From the NCBI GenBank assembly GCA_964428395.1, contig CAYRYB010000001.1, positions 139,971 to 203,970 on the forward strand: a stretch of DNA of 64,000 bases, in the 5' to 3' direction. The stretch comes from an uncultured Methanosarcinales archaeon. Lineage in GTDB: Archaea; Nanobdellota; Nanobdellia; Woesearchaeales; SKGA01. Shown here piece after piece: positions 1 to 9,043 of the stretch. Every line of letters begins with the position of its first letter. Position 1 is the first letter of the stretch. The notes under the pieces are model-generated. The model made no database searches and was not told the DNA's origin. It saw nothing but the letters and a program-made list of their open reading frames with translations. Position numbers and translations under genes: made by a program.

Positions 1-285
1 CCAAATGAGGAAAGTATTCATTAAGAAGTGATTTAATTTCCCTTCTAAAGCGATATTGAATTTTTTCCAAGTCGTTACTTTCAAAACTTTCTATAGCAGA
101 AAAATCTATTTTTTGAATAAAGTCTTGACGAATTTTTTCCAATATAAGTTTTGTCGTATCACTAATATTTGTAATATTAATAAGATATTTTGGTACAGGA
201 TGATCTAAATAGCGTACTATTTCCACCTCCACAACCACATTATTTACCGTTAATGAATATTTATCTAAAAGGGTCGTATTCTCAG

Positions 286-1434
286 TCATGGTAATTCAAC
301 CGCCTCCTGAAGTCTAATTTTTATCGCCAAATTCTTTGGTCTTTCTTTAATTAAATGTAAAAATATTTCGAGTGCTTCTATTTTATTTTTGTTCTGTAAT
401 GCTTTTACTCCTCGCGCGTAATCATAAACTGCATTTGTTTCTTCTTGTGTGAATCCAGGTGGTAAATCCAGTTGTCGCGACAGTATACTTGCTTCATTGG
501 AAATTGGTTTATTTAAAGTTGTTGTTATGACATCTTTTTTGGATGTAAAAGGTTGCTCATCTGGTTTTGTCTTGGCTTTTGTAGCTAAAGAAGGTTGATT
601 TGTTGGAAGAGAAGTTTTTGTCTTTAAGGTTTCTTTTTTATCTTGTTTTTCTTCTTCGCGTTGTTTTGCAGTAAATTGTCGCGTTGCTGTGATTTGATCA
701 TCAAATTGTTTTAATTTGCTAAGAAGAGAAATTTTCTCTTGTGCATGATACTTAATAGCATTTGTTTTTTTAAGAACTGCATCATAAAGCATTTTTGCAG
801 TAGTTACATCGTGTTGATCAAGAGCATTTATGATGTTATTGAGCGTGTCGTCCAGAATAATAATTTCGTCTAATTCTTTTTGACGTTCTGTTTCTTTTTT
901 TGCTAATTCTTTAAACCAGTGTGGTGAAGAAGAAATAGATTCCTGTTTAGAAGATTGTTTAACAAGAGCAGGTGCAGACTTCTTTTTTTCTTTACGTATT
1001 GTTTTTTCTTTAAGTTTAGTTATCTCTTCTTGTAGCATGTCATCTCGTGCAGAAAGTTCATTTTCCTTTTCTTTAAGTTCTGCTTTAAGCTCTTGTTTAA
1101 TTGCTTTGGTTTCCACAAATTTTTCTGTAACTTGCGGAGTAATTTTTTTAGGAGGTTCTGGTGTTGGCGGTAAATCGTTCTGAACCACGACGTTTTCTGC
1201 TTTAACAGATACATCAGGAGACGTTGTTTTAATGGCATCAGAAGTTATAGAAGTGGTTTTTGTTGAAGAATTCAAAGTTTGCGTCGAGGAATCTTGTGAT
1301 GATGTGTCCATATCCTTCTTAGAAAGAAGAGCGTCAACATCATATTGTCCTGTAACTGAGTTTTTTGTTCCAAATTTGACTGCATTATCTAAGTACGTTA
1401 CAATATCTTTTTCTAAAAAATTAATTAAATCCAT
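286..1434 (-). CDS. hypothetical coiled-coil, low-complexity protein (S/T/K-rich N-terminal half, charged coiled-coil middle, TPR-like C-terminus)
   Basis: 382-aa ORF. KE-rich heptad-like stretches (ELKAELKEKENELSARDDMLQEEITKLKEK). Sits immediately downstream of the wHTH gene 1437..1892 with a 2-nt gap. Confidence 0.5.
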   Translation of the reverse strand: MDLINFLEKDIVTYLDNAVKFGTKNSVTGQYDVDALLSKKDMDTSSQDSSTQTLNSSTKTTSITSDAIKTTSPDVSVKAENVVVQNDLPPTPEPPKKITPQVTEKFVETKAIKQELKAELKEKENELSARDDMLQEEITKLKEKTIRKEKKKSAPALVKQSSKQESISSSPHWFKELAKKETERQKELDEIIILDDTLNNIINALDQHDVTTAKMLYDAVLKKTNAIKYHAQEKISLLSKLKQFDDQITATRQFTAKQREEEKQDKKETLKTKTSLPTNQPSLATKAKTKPDEQPFTSKKDVITTTLNKPISNEASILSRQLDLPPGFTQEETNAVYDYARGVKALQNKNKIEALEIFLHLIKERPKNLAIKIRLQEAVELP

Positions 1435-1436
1435 TA

Positions 1437-1892
1437 TTACATCCTAGCCATTTTTCGTTTGTAAGCAACAAATATTTCTTCTGGTTTGTTCAAATATCGT
1501 TTTCGTGCTTCTCGCAAAAAGAATTCTTTTTGTTTTTCCAAAGCTTCATCAAGGTGCGCTTGCCATAACATAGGTATTTTTTGTTCAGGAAGCTGTTTCT
1601 TTTTTGCCTCGTCAAAGAATTCCTTTTTAAAATCTTCAATGGAATGTATTGCTTGATCTGCATCAGAAAGAACTGCTCGCGCCTTGTCCTCTTTGTTTAA
1701 GAAAATAAATGGTTTTGTAAACTTATACTCAACTCCTAAAATTCGCTCTTCAACGAGAAAATCAACCCATAATTGCAGTGTTGCTTCTGGAATTTTTAAG
1801 TCTGAGGAAACATCTTTTAGACTTACTCTATCGTGTTTTTCCAAATAATAAATGAGCTCATCAACACCAGTCTCCACCCTCTTCTCAACCAT
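1437..1892 (-). CDS. winged-helix domain protein, paralogous to the N-terminus of ORF 19719..20870
   Basis: 151 aa. The motif LKDVSSDLKIPEATLQLWVDFLVEERILGVEYKF aligns with LTSEQAAKTLGVAKDVVEDWIELLEKEKVVSLSYKF in ORF 19719..20870. Confidence 0.55.
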   Translation of the reverse strand: MVEKRVETGVDELIYYLEKHDRVSLKDVSSDLKIPEATLQLWVDFLVEERILGVEYKFTKPFIFLNKEDKARAVLSDADQAIHSIEDFKKEFFDEAKKKQLPEQKIPMLWQAHLDEALEKQKEFFLREARKRYLNKPEEIFVAYKRKMARM

Positions 1893-1967
1893 ATCTTTTT
1901 ACCTCGAAAAAAGCGTTATAAACTTTATTAACTATTCTTGAGTAGTTCGCGCTACCTTCAGCTACAC

Positions 1968-3005
1968 TTAGCCACAATTTGGATTACAACCGCTAGCATC
2001 ACAACAATCAGCAACTGCCAACAATTGAGAAGTATCACTTACTTGCAAGTTGTTAAGAACATAATACTTGTTAAAAATCAAAGAGGAGTTTATTCCTGTA
2101 CTTTGATTAAAACGAACAAGGAAAGAGGGGTTAGTAAATGTTAATTTGGATGTATACTGATAAAGTGTCATCGTGGTTTGATTGTTCTTGTAAAGTGATG
2201 TGCCCGTTGCATTAAAAGGGGGAACAAAAGCGTTGATTCCAAAAAGCGAGTACCCTGAAGTGTTTGTTAGGTTTCGTCCTTCAAGAATATCAAGAAAAGA
2301 AAGACCAGTGAAATCTCTGTAATAATAGCCTTTAGTAATGAATTCTTGAATTAAAGAAATATTTCCGCCTATCGTTCCTGCTCGAAAGAGATCTCCTCCA
2401 TGAGGAGCATAGTGAATTTTCCGTTTATAAGAAGTTCCTATAGTTGCAGGATCGGTTATTCCTGTAAAGTCAACTATTCGAGATTCTTGTAAAGATACAT
2501 TCCATTGCATTCCCAATCTATCTACACTAAATGGTATCGAAACATTTACTTCTATTGCATATGCATCATATTGACGAAAAGTTACTTTTGGCAAGCCATG
2601 CTGCAAGGTAACATTATAAATATCACTTGCATTTGAAAGAATGGGCGCTATTCTCTTTGTAAAAGAAATGTTCTCGTTGGTCCAAGAACAATTTTGAAGA
2701 ACACCGCCATCATAAAAATAACCCTGTTGAAAACAAGACAAAAAAACAGTTGTATAGTTAGGATAAAAAGAAGTCGTGTTAAGATAGGAAACGGTAAATG
2801 CAAGGGTATCAAAACTAACTCGGTCAATAGTTGTGTCTATAAAATATTCTAAATCTGCAATAAATCCATCTGTTTGTAAGACTTCATTTTTAGTTATAGG
2901 AACGTTTTTATCTAGTGCGACGTGAGTTGCACCACTAAAAAGCAAGATAAAAAGTGCGGACATAAGGACTGCAATCATTGAAAACATTTGTGCATTTCGT
3001 TTCAT
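1968..3005 (-). CDS. pilin-like secreted protein (class III signal peptide), N-glycosylated, Cys-rich C-terminus
   Basis: N-terminus MKRNAQ|MFSMIAVLMSALFILLF resembles the KRAQ|hydrophobic prepilin motif of ORFs 25119 and 26077. Many N-x-S/T sequons. C-terminus CCDASGCNPNCG. The TGA/ATG region overlaps the upstream gene at 3002-3005. Confidence 0.55.
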   Translation of the reverse strand: MKRNAQMFSMIAVLMSALFILLFSGATHVALDKNVPITKNEVLQTDGFIADLEYFIDTTIDRVSFDTLAFTVSYLNTTSFYPNYTTVFLSCFQQGYFYDGGVLQNCSWTNENISFTKRIAPILSNASDIYNVTLQHGLPKVTFRQYDAYAIEVNVSIPFSVDRLGMQWNVSLQESRIVDFTGITDPATIGTSYKRKIHYAPHGGDLFRAGTIGGNISLIQEFITKGYYYRDFTGLSFLDILEGRNLTNTSGYSLFGINAFVPPFNATGTSLYKNNQTTMTLYQYTSKLTFTNPSFLVRFNQSTGINSSLIFNKYYVLNNLQVSDTSQLLAVADCCDASGCNPNCG

Positions 3006-3523
3006 TGCCAGATCTCCAATTTTGTTATTGCCAGTTCATATGAGGTGGTTATATTCGCTGATACAAGCGTCAACTTTTTTTGTGAAAGTTTAACATCGCT
3101 TTCCTGCATTGTTTTTGAAAGTGCTTGTTTGCTGTAAATCTCATGCCCATCTAAGGAGTAATTAAAACCAACATTTGCGGGTACCCACGTTGAAATATTT
3201 GCCAAAAGTAAGGTTGCATTAGCAAGCTGACTATTATTGTAAAGAACATAGATAAATTCATCTATCGTAAAGGACGGGTTATATAATGAGTTGTTTTCCT
3301 TAAGTGATGCTAAGAAAGCATTTCCAGGGTCTGCTTTTGTTAGTGGAAGTTCAAAAAATCTCTGTTGCATCGCTTGTAGAGTTTGATCAACAGAACCAAG
3401 TGAGGGTGTAAATGTGGAGTAACTTGCAATGAGGAAAAGAGCCAGTACAAAGATAAAAAGACCTATAAGTACATCTATGACAAAGTAGTAGGCACCCTTT
3501 CGTTGAGAAAAAAGTTGTTTCAC
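3002..3523 (-). CDS. pilin-like protein (class III signal peptide)
   Basis: N-terminus MKQLFSQRKG|AYYFVIDVLIGLFIFVLALFLIA is a basic-Gly motif followed by a long hydrophobic helix. N-glycosylation sequons present. Start/stop overlaps 1968..3005, suggesting an operon. Confidence 0.5.
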   Translation of the reverse strand: MKQLFSQRKGAYYFVIDVLIGLFIFVLALFLIASYSTFTPSLGSVDQTLQAMQQRFFELPLTKADPGNAFLASLKENNSLYNPSFTIDEFIYVLYNNSQLANATLLLANISTWVPANVGFNYSLDGHEIYSKQALSKTMQESDVKLSQKKLTLVSANITTSYELAITKLEIWQ

Positions 3524-3788
3524 CTCAACAAGGTTACGTTATAAAGGTCTATTTAAACGTTGTGCTTCTTAGAGCTCTTAATGAGAAAATTTGAAGGTAT
3601 GTTGCTCTTTTCACGCAAGGTGTAACGCTTGATTTATCTATAGAAGAGTAAAATGTTAAAGTAAGAAAAAAAGACAATAGTTTACCAGCACCACAGTTTA
3701 AGAAAAAAATTTGTATTCTAAACAAAACCATTTTTAAAGAAGAAAAGAGAAGCAGAGTAGAAAAAATAGCTGAGTTCAAGAAGATACG

Positions 3789-3796
3789 TTTATAAA
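3789..3796 (+). promoter_or_regulatory. TATA box (TTTATAAA) about 23-30 nt upstream of the polB ATG; likely leaderless transcript
   Basis: The sequence tttataaagaataatcattttagagcactcATG shows archaeal TATA spacing consistent with a transcription start at or near the ATG. Confidence 0.4.
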
Positions 3797-3818
3797 GAAT
3801 AATCATTTTAGAGCACTC

Positions 3819-6800
3819 ATGAGTAAAGGATTCGTTATCACCAGTCACTACACTATAGTAAAAGATGAGCCAGTCATTCATCTCTTTGGTCGATTGGAAG
3901 ATAGCAGGTCTTTTGAAGCAGAAGTTCGCATGCAACCATATTTCTTTATCAAAAAAGAAGATAAAATAAACGCTGAGAAGCTCATTAGTTTAAAAACAAA
4001 GGAAACAAAACTACAAACACTAGCTCACGAACCAGTGCTAAAAGTTATTGTTAAAAATCCTAAGGAAGTTCCAGAACTTCGAAAACTTTTAGAAGATGAA
4101 AATATTCCTTGTTTTGAAGCAGATATTCGTTTTACAAGGAGATTTTTTATTGATAAAAATATTTTTTCTGTCATTGAAATTAAAGGAAAAGAAAGTCCCA
4201 GTGTAAAAACGGATGTATTATTTAAAAACGCAGATATTATTGCAAGCAACTCAAAAGAGAAATTATCTTTTGCGCCCACCATGCTGTCATTTGATATAGA
4301 AACAAACAGTTCTGCCACAAAAATACTTTCCATCTCATTATATAATAAGAAAGTACAAGAAGTAATTGTTGTAGAAAATAAGAAAATTAAAAAAGGAAAG
4401 TTTTCAAACACAATAGTCGTTACCAATGAAAAAGAACTACTGACCACATTTGTTCAACGGGTAAACGAGATAGATCCAGACATTCTTGTTGGATGGAATG
4501 TTATTGATTTTGATCTAAAAGTACTTTTAGAAAGAGCAAAAAAACTTGGCGTTACCTTCTCGATAGGAAGAAGTGAGAAAGAAGTACGTCTTCGCTTACA
4601 ATCTTCTTTTTTTCGTGATTCTTCAGCACAATGTGATGGTCGCATCATTCTTGATGGTATCCAACTGCTAAAATCATCATTTATAAAGCTTGATGATTAT
4701 AAGTTAAATACTGCTGCAAAACATTTTCTTCATGACACTAAGCTTATTCAAAAAGATAATCGTGGCGACATTATTATGGATTTATACGAGACAAATCCAG
4801 AGAAGTTTATTCAGTACAATCTAAAAGATTCCATGCTCGTCTTTGAGATTCTTTTGAAATCGGGCGTTTTTGAATTAACATTGCAACGCTCTTTATTAAC
4901 AGGATTACACATGGATAATGTAAAAGCAAGCATTGCAAGTTTTGATTCGTTGTATCTTCGAGAACTAAGAAAAGAAGGGTATGTTGCACCAAGCACGCGA
5001 CCCACCGATAAAACAGAAGGATTAGGTGGCTATGTAATGACATCAAAGCCAGGATTATATAAGGGTGTTCTTGTTCTTGATTTTAAATCGTTGTATCCAT
5101 CCGTCATGAGAACATTTAATATTGATCCCTTAAGTTATCTTGGCACAACAACAGAACTTGATAAACAAAAAATTTCGTATAAGGACAAATCAAAATTTAT
5201 TGTCGCACCAAACAATGCCGTTTTTCTCAATAAAGAAGGCATTTTGCCCCGTTTATTAAAACGATTATGGGATGAACGAGAAAAAGCAAGAAGCGCAGGT
5301 AATGAGTTAGCGAGGTATGCTATTAAAATTCAAATGAATTCTATGTATGGTGTTCTTGCGAGCACAAATTCTCGATTTCATATTAGAAATCTTTCCAATG
5401 CAATAACATATTTTTGTCAGCATTTTATCAAGCTTACTGCAAAAGAAATTAAAAAACTTGGTTATGAAGTTGTATATGGAGATAGTGTTACCAAAGATAC
5501 TGAGATTATTGTAAAAGATGATAAAAACAATATTTCGTTTCTGCCTATTGCTCAACTATTCAAAAAAATAGATAAAAAAACAAGTGAGGGAAAACAATAT
5601 TCTTTTGTTGATAATCTTAAAACCTTAACTATTGATAACGATGGAAAGAGCGTATTTAAAAAAATAACGTATGTTATGCGTCATAAAACAAAAAAGAATA
5701 TGTATCGTGTTTTTTTCACGAACCATTGGTTTATTGATGTTACAGAAGATCACTCGTTAATAGGATATATCAATAAATCAAAAAAACCATTGGTAGAGAC
5801 TCCCAATAGATTAGTTAAAGTAAAACCTACTGAAATTGGAAAAGATATTAAAAGCATAATTTCTCTAAAAAACATTCCTCTAACTAAAACGAAGACCAAA
5901 AAGTATCCTAAAGAAGTGTATGAATTTATGGGATTTTTTGTTGGTAATGGAAGTTTTCAAAGAAATAAAACACAACAAAAAGCAAATAAAGAATATTATT
6001 TAGGTCTATCCACAGGAGAAGATAAACAAGAAGTCTTCTCAAAATTAATTAAACCTTTAATAAAGAAAGGATTCATTAAAGAGTATTGGTGGAGCACCAC
6101 TAAACAAGGAGACATCACCTTAAATGGATTAAAATTAGTTAAGATTATAGTCAAGAATTTTAAAGATGACAAAGGAAAGAAAAGCATACCGGAGTGGTTG
6201 CTTAAAGAAAGTAAAGAGAACATTTGTTCATTTCTAAGAGGACTTTTCTTGGCAAATGGAAAAGTTATGATAAAAAATAAATCACCAATAATAAAATATG
6301 CATCAATGTACAACGAACACATAAAAATAACACAAAAATTATTGTTCTTAGCAGGAGTTTCTCATTCAGTATTTAGAGAAAATAGTACGAATAAATTTAT
6401 AGATAATAAGAAAAAGAAAATTTACTCTACGGGCTCACACTCAAAAAATATAATTATAAAAGATAGAAATGCCTTTGTTAAAAACGTCGGATTTTTATTA
6501 AGTAAAAAGAATAAACGTGCAAAAATACGAACAAATTCCCTTAAAAAGAGAAGTATAAAAGATTTCGATTTTGACCTGCAATCGGTAACTAAAGTTAAAA
6601 AGATAACATACAATGATTTTGTATATGATATTGAAGTAGCTAACACACATAGGTTTTTCGCCAATAATGTTCTTGTTCATAATACAGACAGTGTTTTTGT
6701 AAACACAAATACAGATAATATTGCTGAAGCAAAAAGTATTGGCGAATCTTTGCAAGAGGGCATCAATCTCTTTCTTAAAGAAAACATCAAAAAAGAATAC

Positions 6801-7403
6801 GCTTGCAAAAGCATTCTTGAACTTGAGTTTGAAAAGTTATTCACACGTTTTTTCATGCCTACTGTTCGTGGCAGTACAAAAGAAGGTGCAAAAAAAAGAT
6901 ATGCAGGATTAAAATTAAAAAAAGATGACTCTGTTGTTTTAGATTTTACAGGTTTAGAATTTGTTCGTCGTGATTGGACTGCTGTTGCAAAAGAATTTCA
7001 ACTTAAACTACTTAAATTAGTTTTTGCCGATAAAGAAGTAAATGATTTTATAGTTTCGTTTACTAGAGATTTAAAAGAAGGAAAATATGATGATTTGCTC
7101 GTGTACAAAAAAGCTTTGCGAAAAGATCTCGCAGCCTACACAAAAACCACCCCTCCTCACGTAAAAGCAGCAAGACTTCTTGATGAAATTAAAGGAAATA
7201 TTATTTCTTATGTTATGACAGTTAATGGTCCACAACCAATAGAAAAAATAACAAGTCCTTTAGATTATAATCATTATGTTAAAAAACAAATAAAGCCTAT
7301 TGCAGATAGTGTTCTTCTATTAAAACATACATCATTTGATGAAGTAATAAAGGGAAGTAAGCAAGAAGGATTAAAAAAGTTTTTTAAAAAAAGCTCCCGC
7401 TAG
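3819..7403 (+). CDS. polB: family B DNA polymerase (PolB) interrupted by one intein
   Basis: Exonuclease motif FDIETN. Pol motifs LYPSVM, K..NS.YG. A split YGD/TDS motif (VVYGD-[intein]-TDSVFV). C-terminal KKRYAGL. Without the 400-aa intein the extein is about 794 aa, typical of archaeal PolB. Confidence 0.95.
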   Translation: MSKGFVITSHYTIVKDEPVIHLFGRLEDSRSFEAEVRMQPYFFIKKEDKINAEKLISLKTKETKLQTLAHEPVLKVIVKNPKEVPELRKLLEDENIPCFEADIRFTRRFFIDKNIFSVIEIKGKESPSVKTDVLFKNADIIASNSKEKLSFAPTMLSFDIETNSSATKILSISLYNKKVQEVIVVENKKIKKGKFSNTIVVTNEKELLTTFVQRVNEIDPDILVGWNVIDFDLKVLLERAKKLGVTFSIGRSEKEVRLRLQSSFFRDSSAQCDGRIILDGIQLLKSSFIKLDDYKLNTAAKHFLHDTKLIQKDNRGDIIMDLYETNPEKFIQYNLKDSMLVFEILLKSGVFELTLQRSLLTGLHMDNVKASIASFDSLYLRELRKEGYVAPSTRPTDKTEGLGGYVMTSKPGLYKGVLVLDFKSLYPSVMRTFNIDPLSYLGTTTELDKQKISYKDKSKFIVAPNNAVFLNKEGILPRLLKRLWDEREKARSAGNELARYAIKIQMNSMYGVLASTNSRFHIRNLSNAITYFCQHFIKLTAKEIKKLGYEVVYGDSVTKDTEIIVKDDKNNISFLPIAQLFKKIDKKTSEGKQYSFVDNLKTLTIDNDGKSVFKKITYVMRHKTKKNMYRVFFTNHWFIDVTEDHSLIGYINKSKKPLVETPNRLVKVKPTEIGKDIKSIISLKNIPLTKTKTKKYPKEVYEFMGFFVGNGSFQRNKTQQKANKEYYLGLSTGEDKQEVFSKLIKPLIKKGFIKEYWWSTTKQGDITLNGLKLVKIIVKNFKDDKGKKSIPEWLLKESKENICSFLRGLFLANGKVMIKNKSPIIKYASMYNEHIKITQKLLFLAGVSHSVFRENSTNKFIDNKKKKIYSTGSHSKNIIIKDRNAFVKNVGFLLSKKNKRAKIRTNSLKKRSIKDFDFDLQSVTKVKKITYNDFVYDIEVANTHRFFANNVLVHNTDSVFVNTNTDNIAEAKSIGESLQEGINLFLKENIKKEYACKSILELEFEKLFTRFFMPTVRGSTKEGAKKRYAGLKLKKDDSVVLDFTGLEFVRRDWTAVAKEFQLKLLKLVFADKEVNDFIVSFTRDLKEGKYDDLLVYKKALRKDLAAYTKTTPPHVKAARLLDEIKGNIISYVMTVNGPQPIEKITSPLDYNHYVKKQIKPIADSVLLLKHTSFDEVIKGSKQEGLKKFFKKSSR
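5484..6683 (+). mobile_element. intein (400 aa) with a LAGLIDADG homing endonuclease, inserted at the pol-c site (YGD|TDS) of PolB
   Basis: Begins with Ser (SVTKDTEII...) straight after YGD. Ends ...NNVLVHN and is followed by Thr (+1 nucleophile) of TDS. Two LAGLIDADG-like blocks are present: YEFMGFFVGNGSF and SFLRGLFLANGKV. Confidence 0.85.
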
Positions 7404-7437
7404 GTAAGAAAGAAAAGCAAACGAGTTTGCTGTTTAT

Positions 7438-7590
7438 TTATGCTGTATCAAATCCACCTGGTTCAAGATTAAAAAGCATGTTGCCCAGTCGTTTTGATTG
7501 TTCTTCATCTAAAGATATTTCTTCTATTTGCCCTTCACCAAAGTCAAGTGTTAATTTAACCACGTCTGTTATTTGCACAGATATATGCAT
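7438..7590 (-). CDS. possible small ORF (50 aa, MHISVQITDVVKLTLDFGEGQIEEISLDEEQSKRLGNMLFNLEPGGFDTA), absent from the ORF track
   Basis: A 50-codon ATG..TAA ORF read manually from the minus strand between polB and repeat copy 1. No homology recognised. Confidence 0.2.
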   Translation of the reverse strand: MHISVQITDVVKLTLDFGEGQIEEISLDEEQSKRLGNMLFNLEPGGFDTA

Positions 7591-7650
7591 GTGAAGACAC
7601 CAGACTCTATTCTTGAAACTATAGTTTAAAAGTGTTGCGATACGGTTTTA

Positions 7651-7815
7651 AAATCATAAAAATCTGCAATGAGTGTCACACCCGCGCCCTAAAGGGACGG
7701 GGTATGACATGACACTCATAGTATCTGCAGATTTTTAGGATACCAAAAATTTCGATCTAAAGAACGGGGTATTAGACCCCAGAGAAAAAATCTCTGTCGA
7801 AATTTTTTAGTATAA
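7651..7815. repeat. copy 1 of a ~165-bp structured intergenic repeat (nested hairpins), between convergent genes
   Basis: Near-identical to 40148..40375 (which adds an insertion) and to 58462..58630. Contains the 10-bp stem atgagtgtca/tgacactcat, the stem aaatttcga/tcgaaattt, and inner stems acgggg...cccc and agaga...tctct. Confidence 0.85.
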
Positions 7816-7843
7816 TAAGAAAAGATAAAGAAAAAACATCTAA

Positions 7844-8911
7844 TTATAAATTACAGCTGTCAAAAAGCTCTTTTCCTCGCTTAGACATATTGTTTAAATA
7901 AGAGGTTAATGTTTTCATCACCAATTCTTTTTCTTCATCGCTAAGAGCAACATTCTTAAGCATATCACTCCAATTTGCTTCCTTGAAAACGTCAGGTGAT
8001 GAAAAAGTACTTAGAAATGTTCTGTTTGCCTTAAGAACCTCTTGTTCTGTCATTACGCCTTCTGGTTTATTAAAAATAGTGGTTGCGGGTAATTTTGTGA
8101 ATGCGTTCGCGCCCGCTCGCAAAAATAAACTAATTTCAGGAATTCTATAAATTGCTGAACCTACAATAATCTCTATTGTTGGAAAGGCAATTCGTGTTTT
8201 TGCAATCCACCACGCAACATCCAATGAATCTGGACCGTGTAAAAAAGGTGTTCCTCGTACTGGTCGCAAAGCATAAATAGTTATGCGTTCAAAATGATGT
8301 TCTTTAATAAATGCTTCAAGCAATGCAAAATCTTCTTTTTTTTCTCCTAGACCAATAATGACGGTCATACTTTGTTTAAAGCCGAGTGCTCGTGCTTCTT
8401 TCATCATAGCAACGTATGGTTCAATAGGTTTATCCGGACAAACTTGCTTATGCAATGTTGGTTCAAGTGTTTCAATACTGCTAACAATTCCCTCAACGTA
8501 TGGCTGAAATTCTTCAAGAAGGTCAGTTGAAATTTCTCCAAGGTTAATCCATATTTTTTCTCCAAGAATCTGACTTACTAATTGAATAGTGCGCAAAAGT
8601 TCCTTGTCATCAAGAATACCATAACCACCTGTTAAAAATTCTATTCGCCAACCAAATGCTTTTATCATCATTGCTTCAGCTAATATACTGTGCAGACTTC
8701 TTCTCGCTTTTGACGGATGCTTAATGAGATGTTTTTGTGTGCTTCGAAAACAAAACGTGCACGTGCCTCGTTCGCAATAAAAGGAAAGAAAAATACATCG
8801 TCCAAACCAGACTTTCCCATCAAAATGTTCTTCATACACGTTATTTGCTTGAGTAATAAGTTTTGCTAGTTCTCCTGTTGGTTCTGGTGTTGCTGTTATT
8901 GGATCATCCAT
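7844..8911 (-). CDS. radical SAM-like enzyme (BioB/HydE-like fold) with non-canonical CX4CX2C cluster motif
   Basis: 355 aa. The segment FYCERGTCTFCFRS is followed by GGYG and the TIM-barrel-like alternating pattern typical of BioB-family radical SAM proteins. The exact family is not resolved. Confidence 0.45.
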   Translation of the reverse strand: MDDPITATPEPTGELAKLITQANNVYEEHFDGKVWFGRCIFLSFYCERGTCTFCFRSTQKHLIKHPSKARRSLHSILAEAMMIKAFGWRIEFLTGGYGILDDKELLRTIQLVSQILGEKIWINLGEISTDLLEEFQPYVEGIVSSIETLEPTLHKQVCPDKPIEPYVAMMKEARALGFKQSMTVIIGLGEKKEDFALLEAFIKEHHFERITIYALRPVRGTPFLHGPDSLDVAWWIAKTRIAFPTIEIIVGSAIYRIPEISLFLRAGANAFTKLPATTIFNKPEGVMTEQEVLKANRTFLSTFSSPDVFKEANWSDMLKNVALSDEEKELVMKTLTSYLNNMSKRGKELFDSCNL

Positions 8912-9043
8912 TAAAAAAAGAAAAGGTGAGGAGCTTAAAAAGATTATCTAAAATAGGCTCTGTTCCAAAAGGAATAAAAAGATATACTAATACCTTAACG
9001 TAAAGTTTTTATGAGCATGATTTATGCAGTGTTCATCAAGAAA

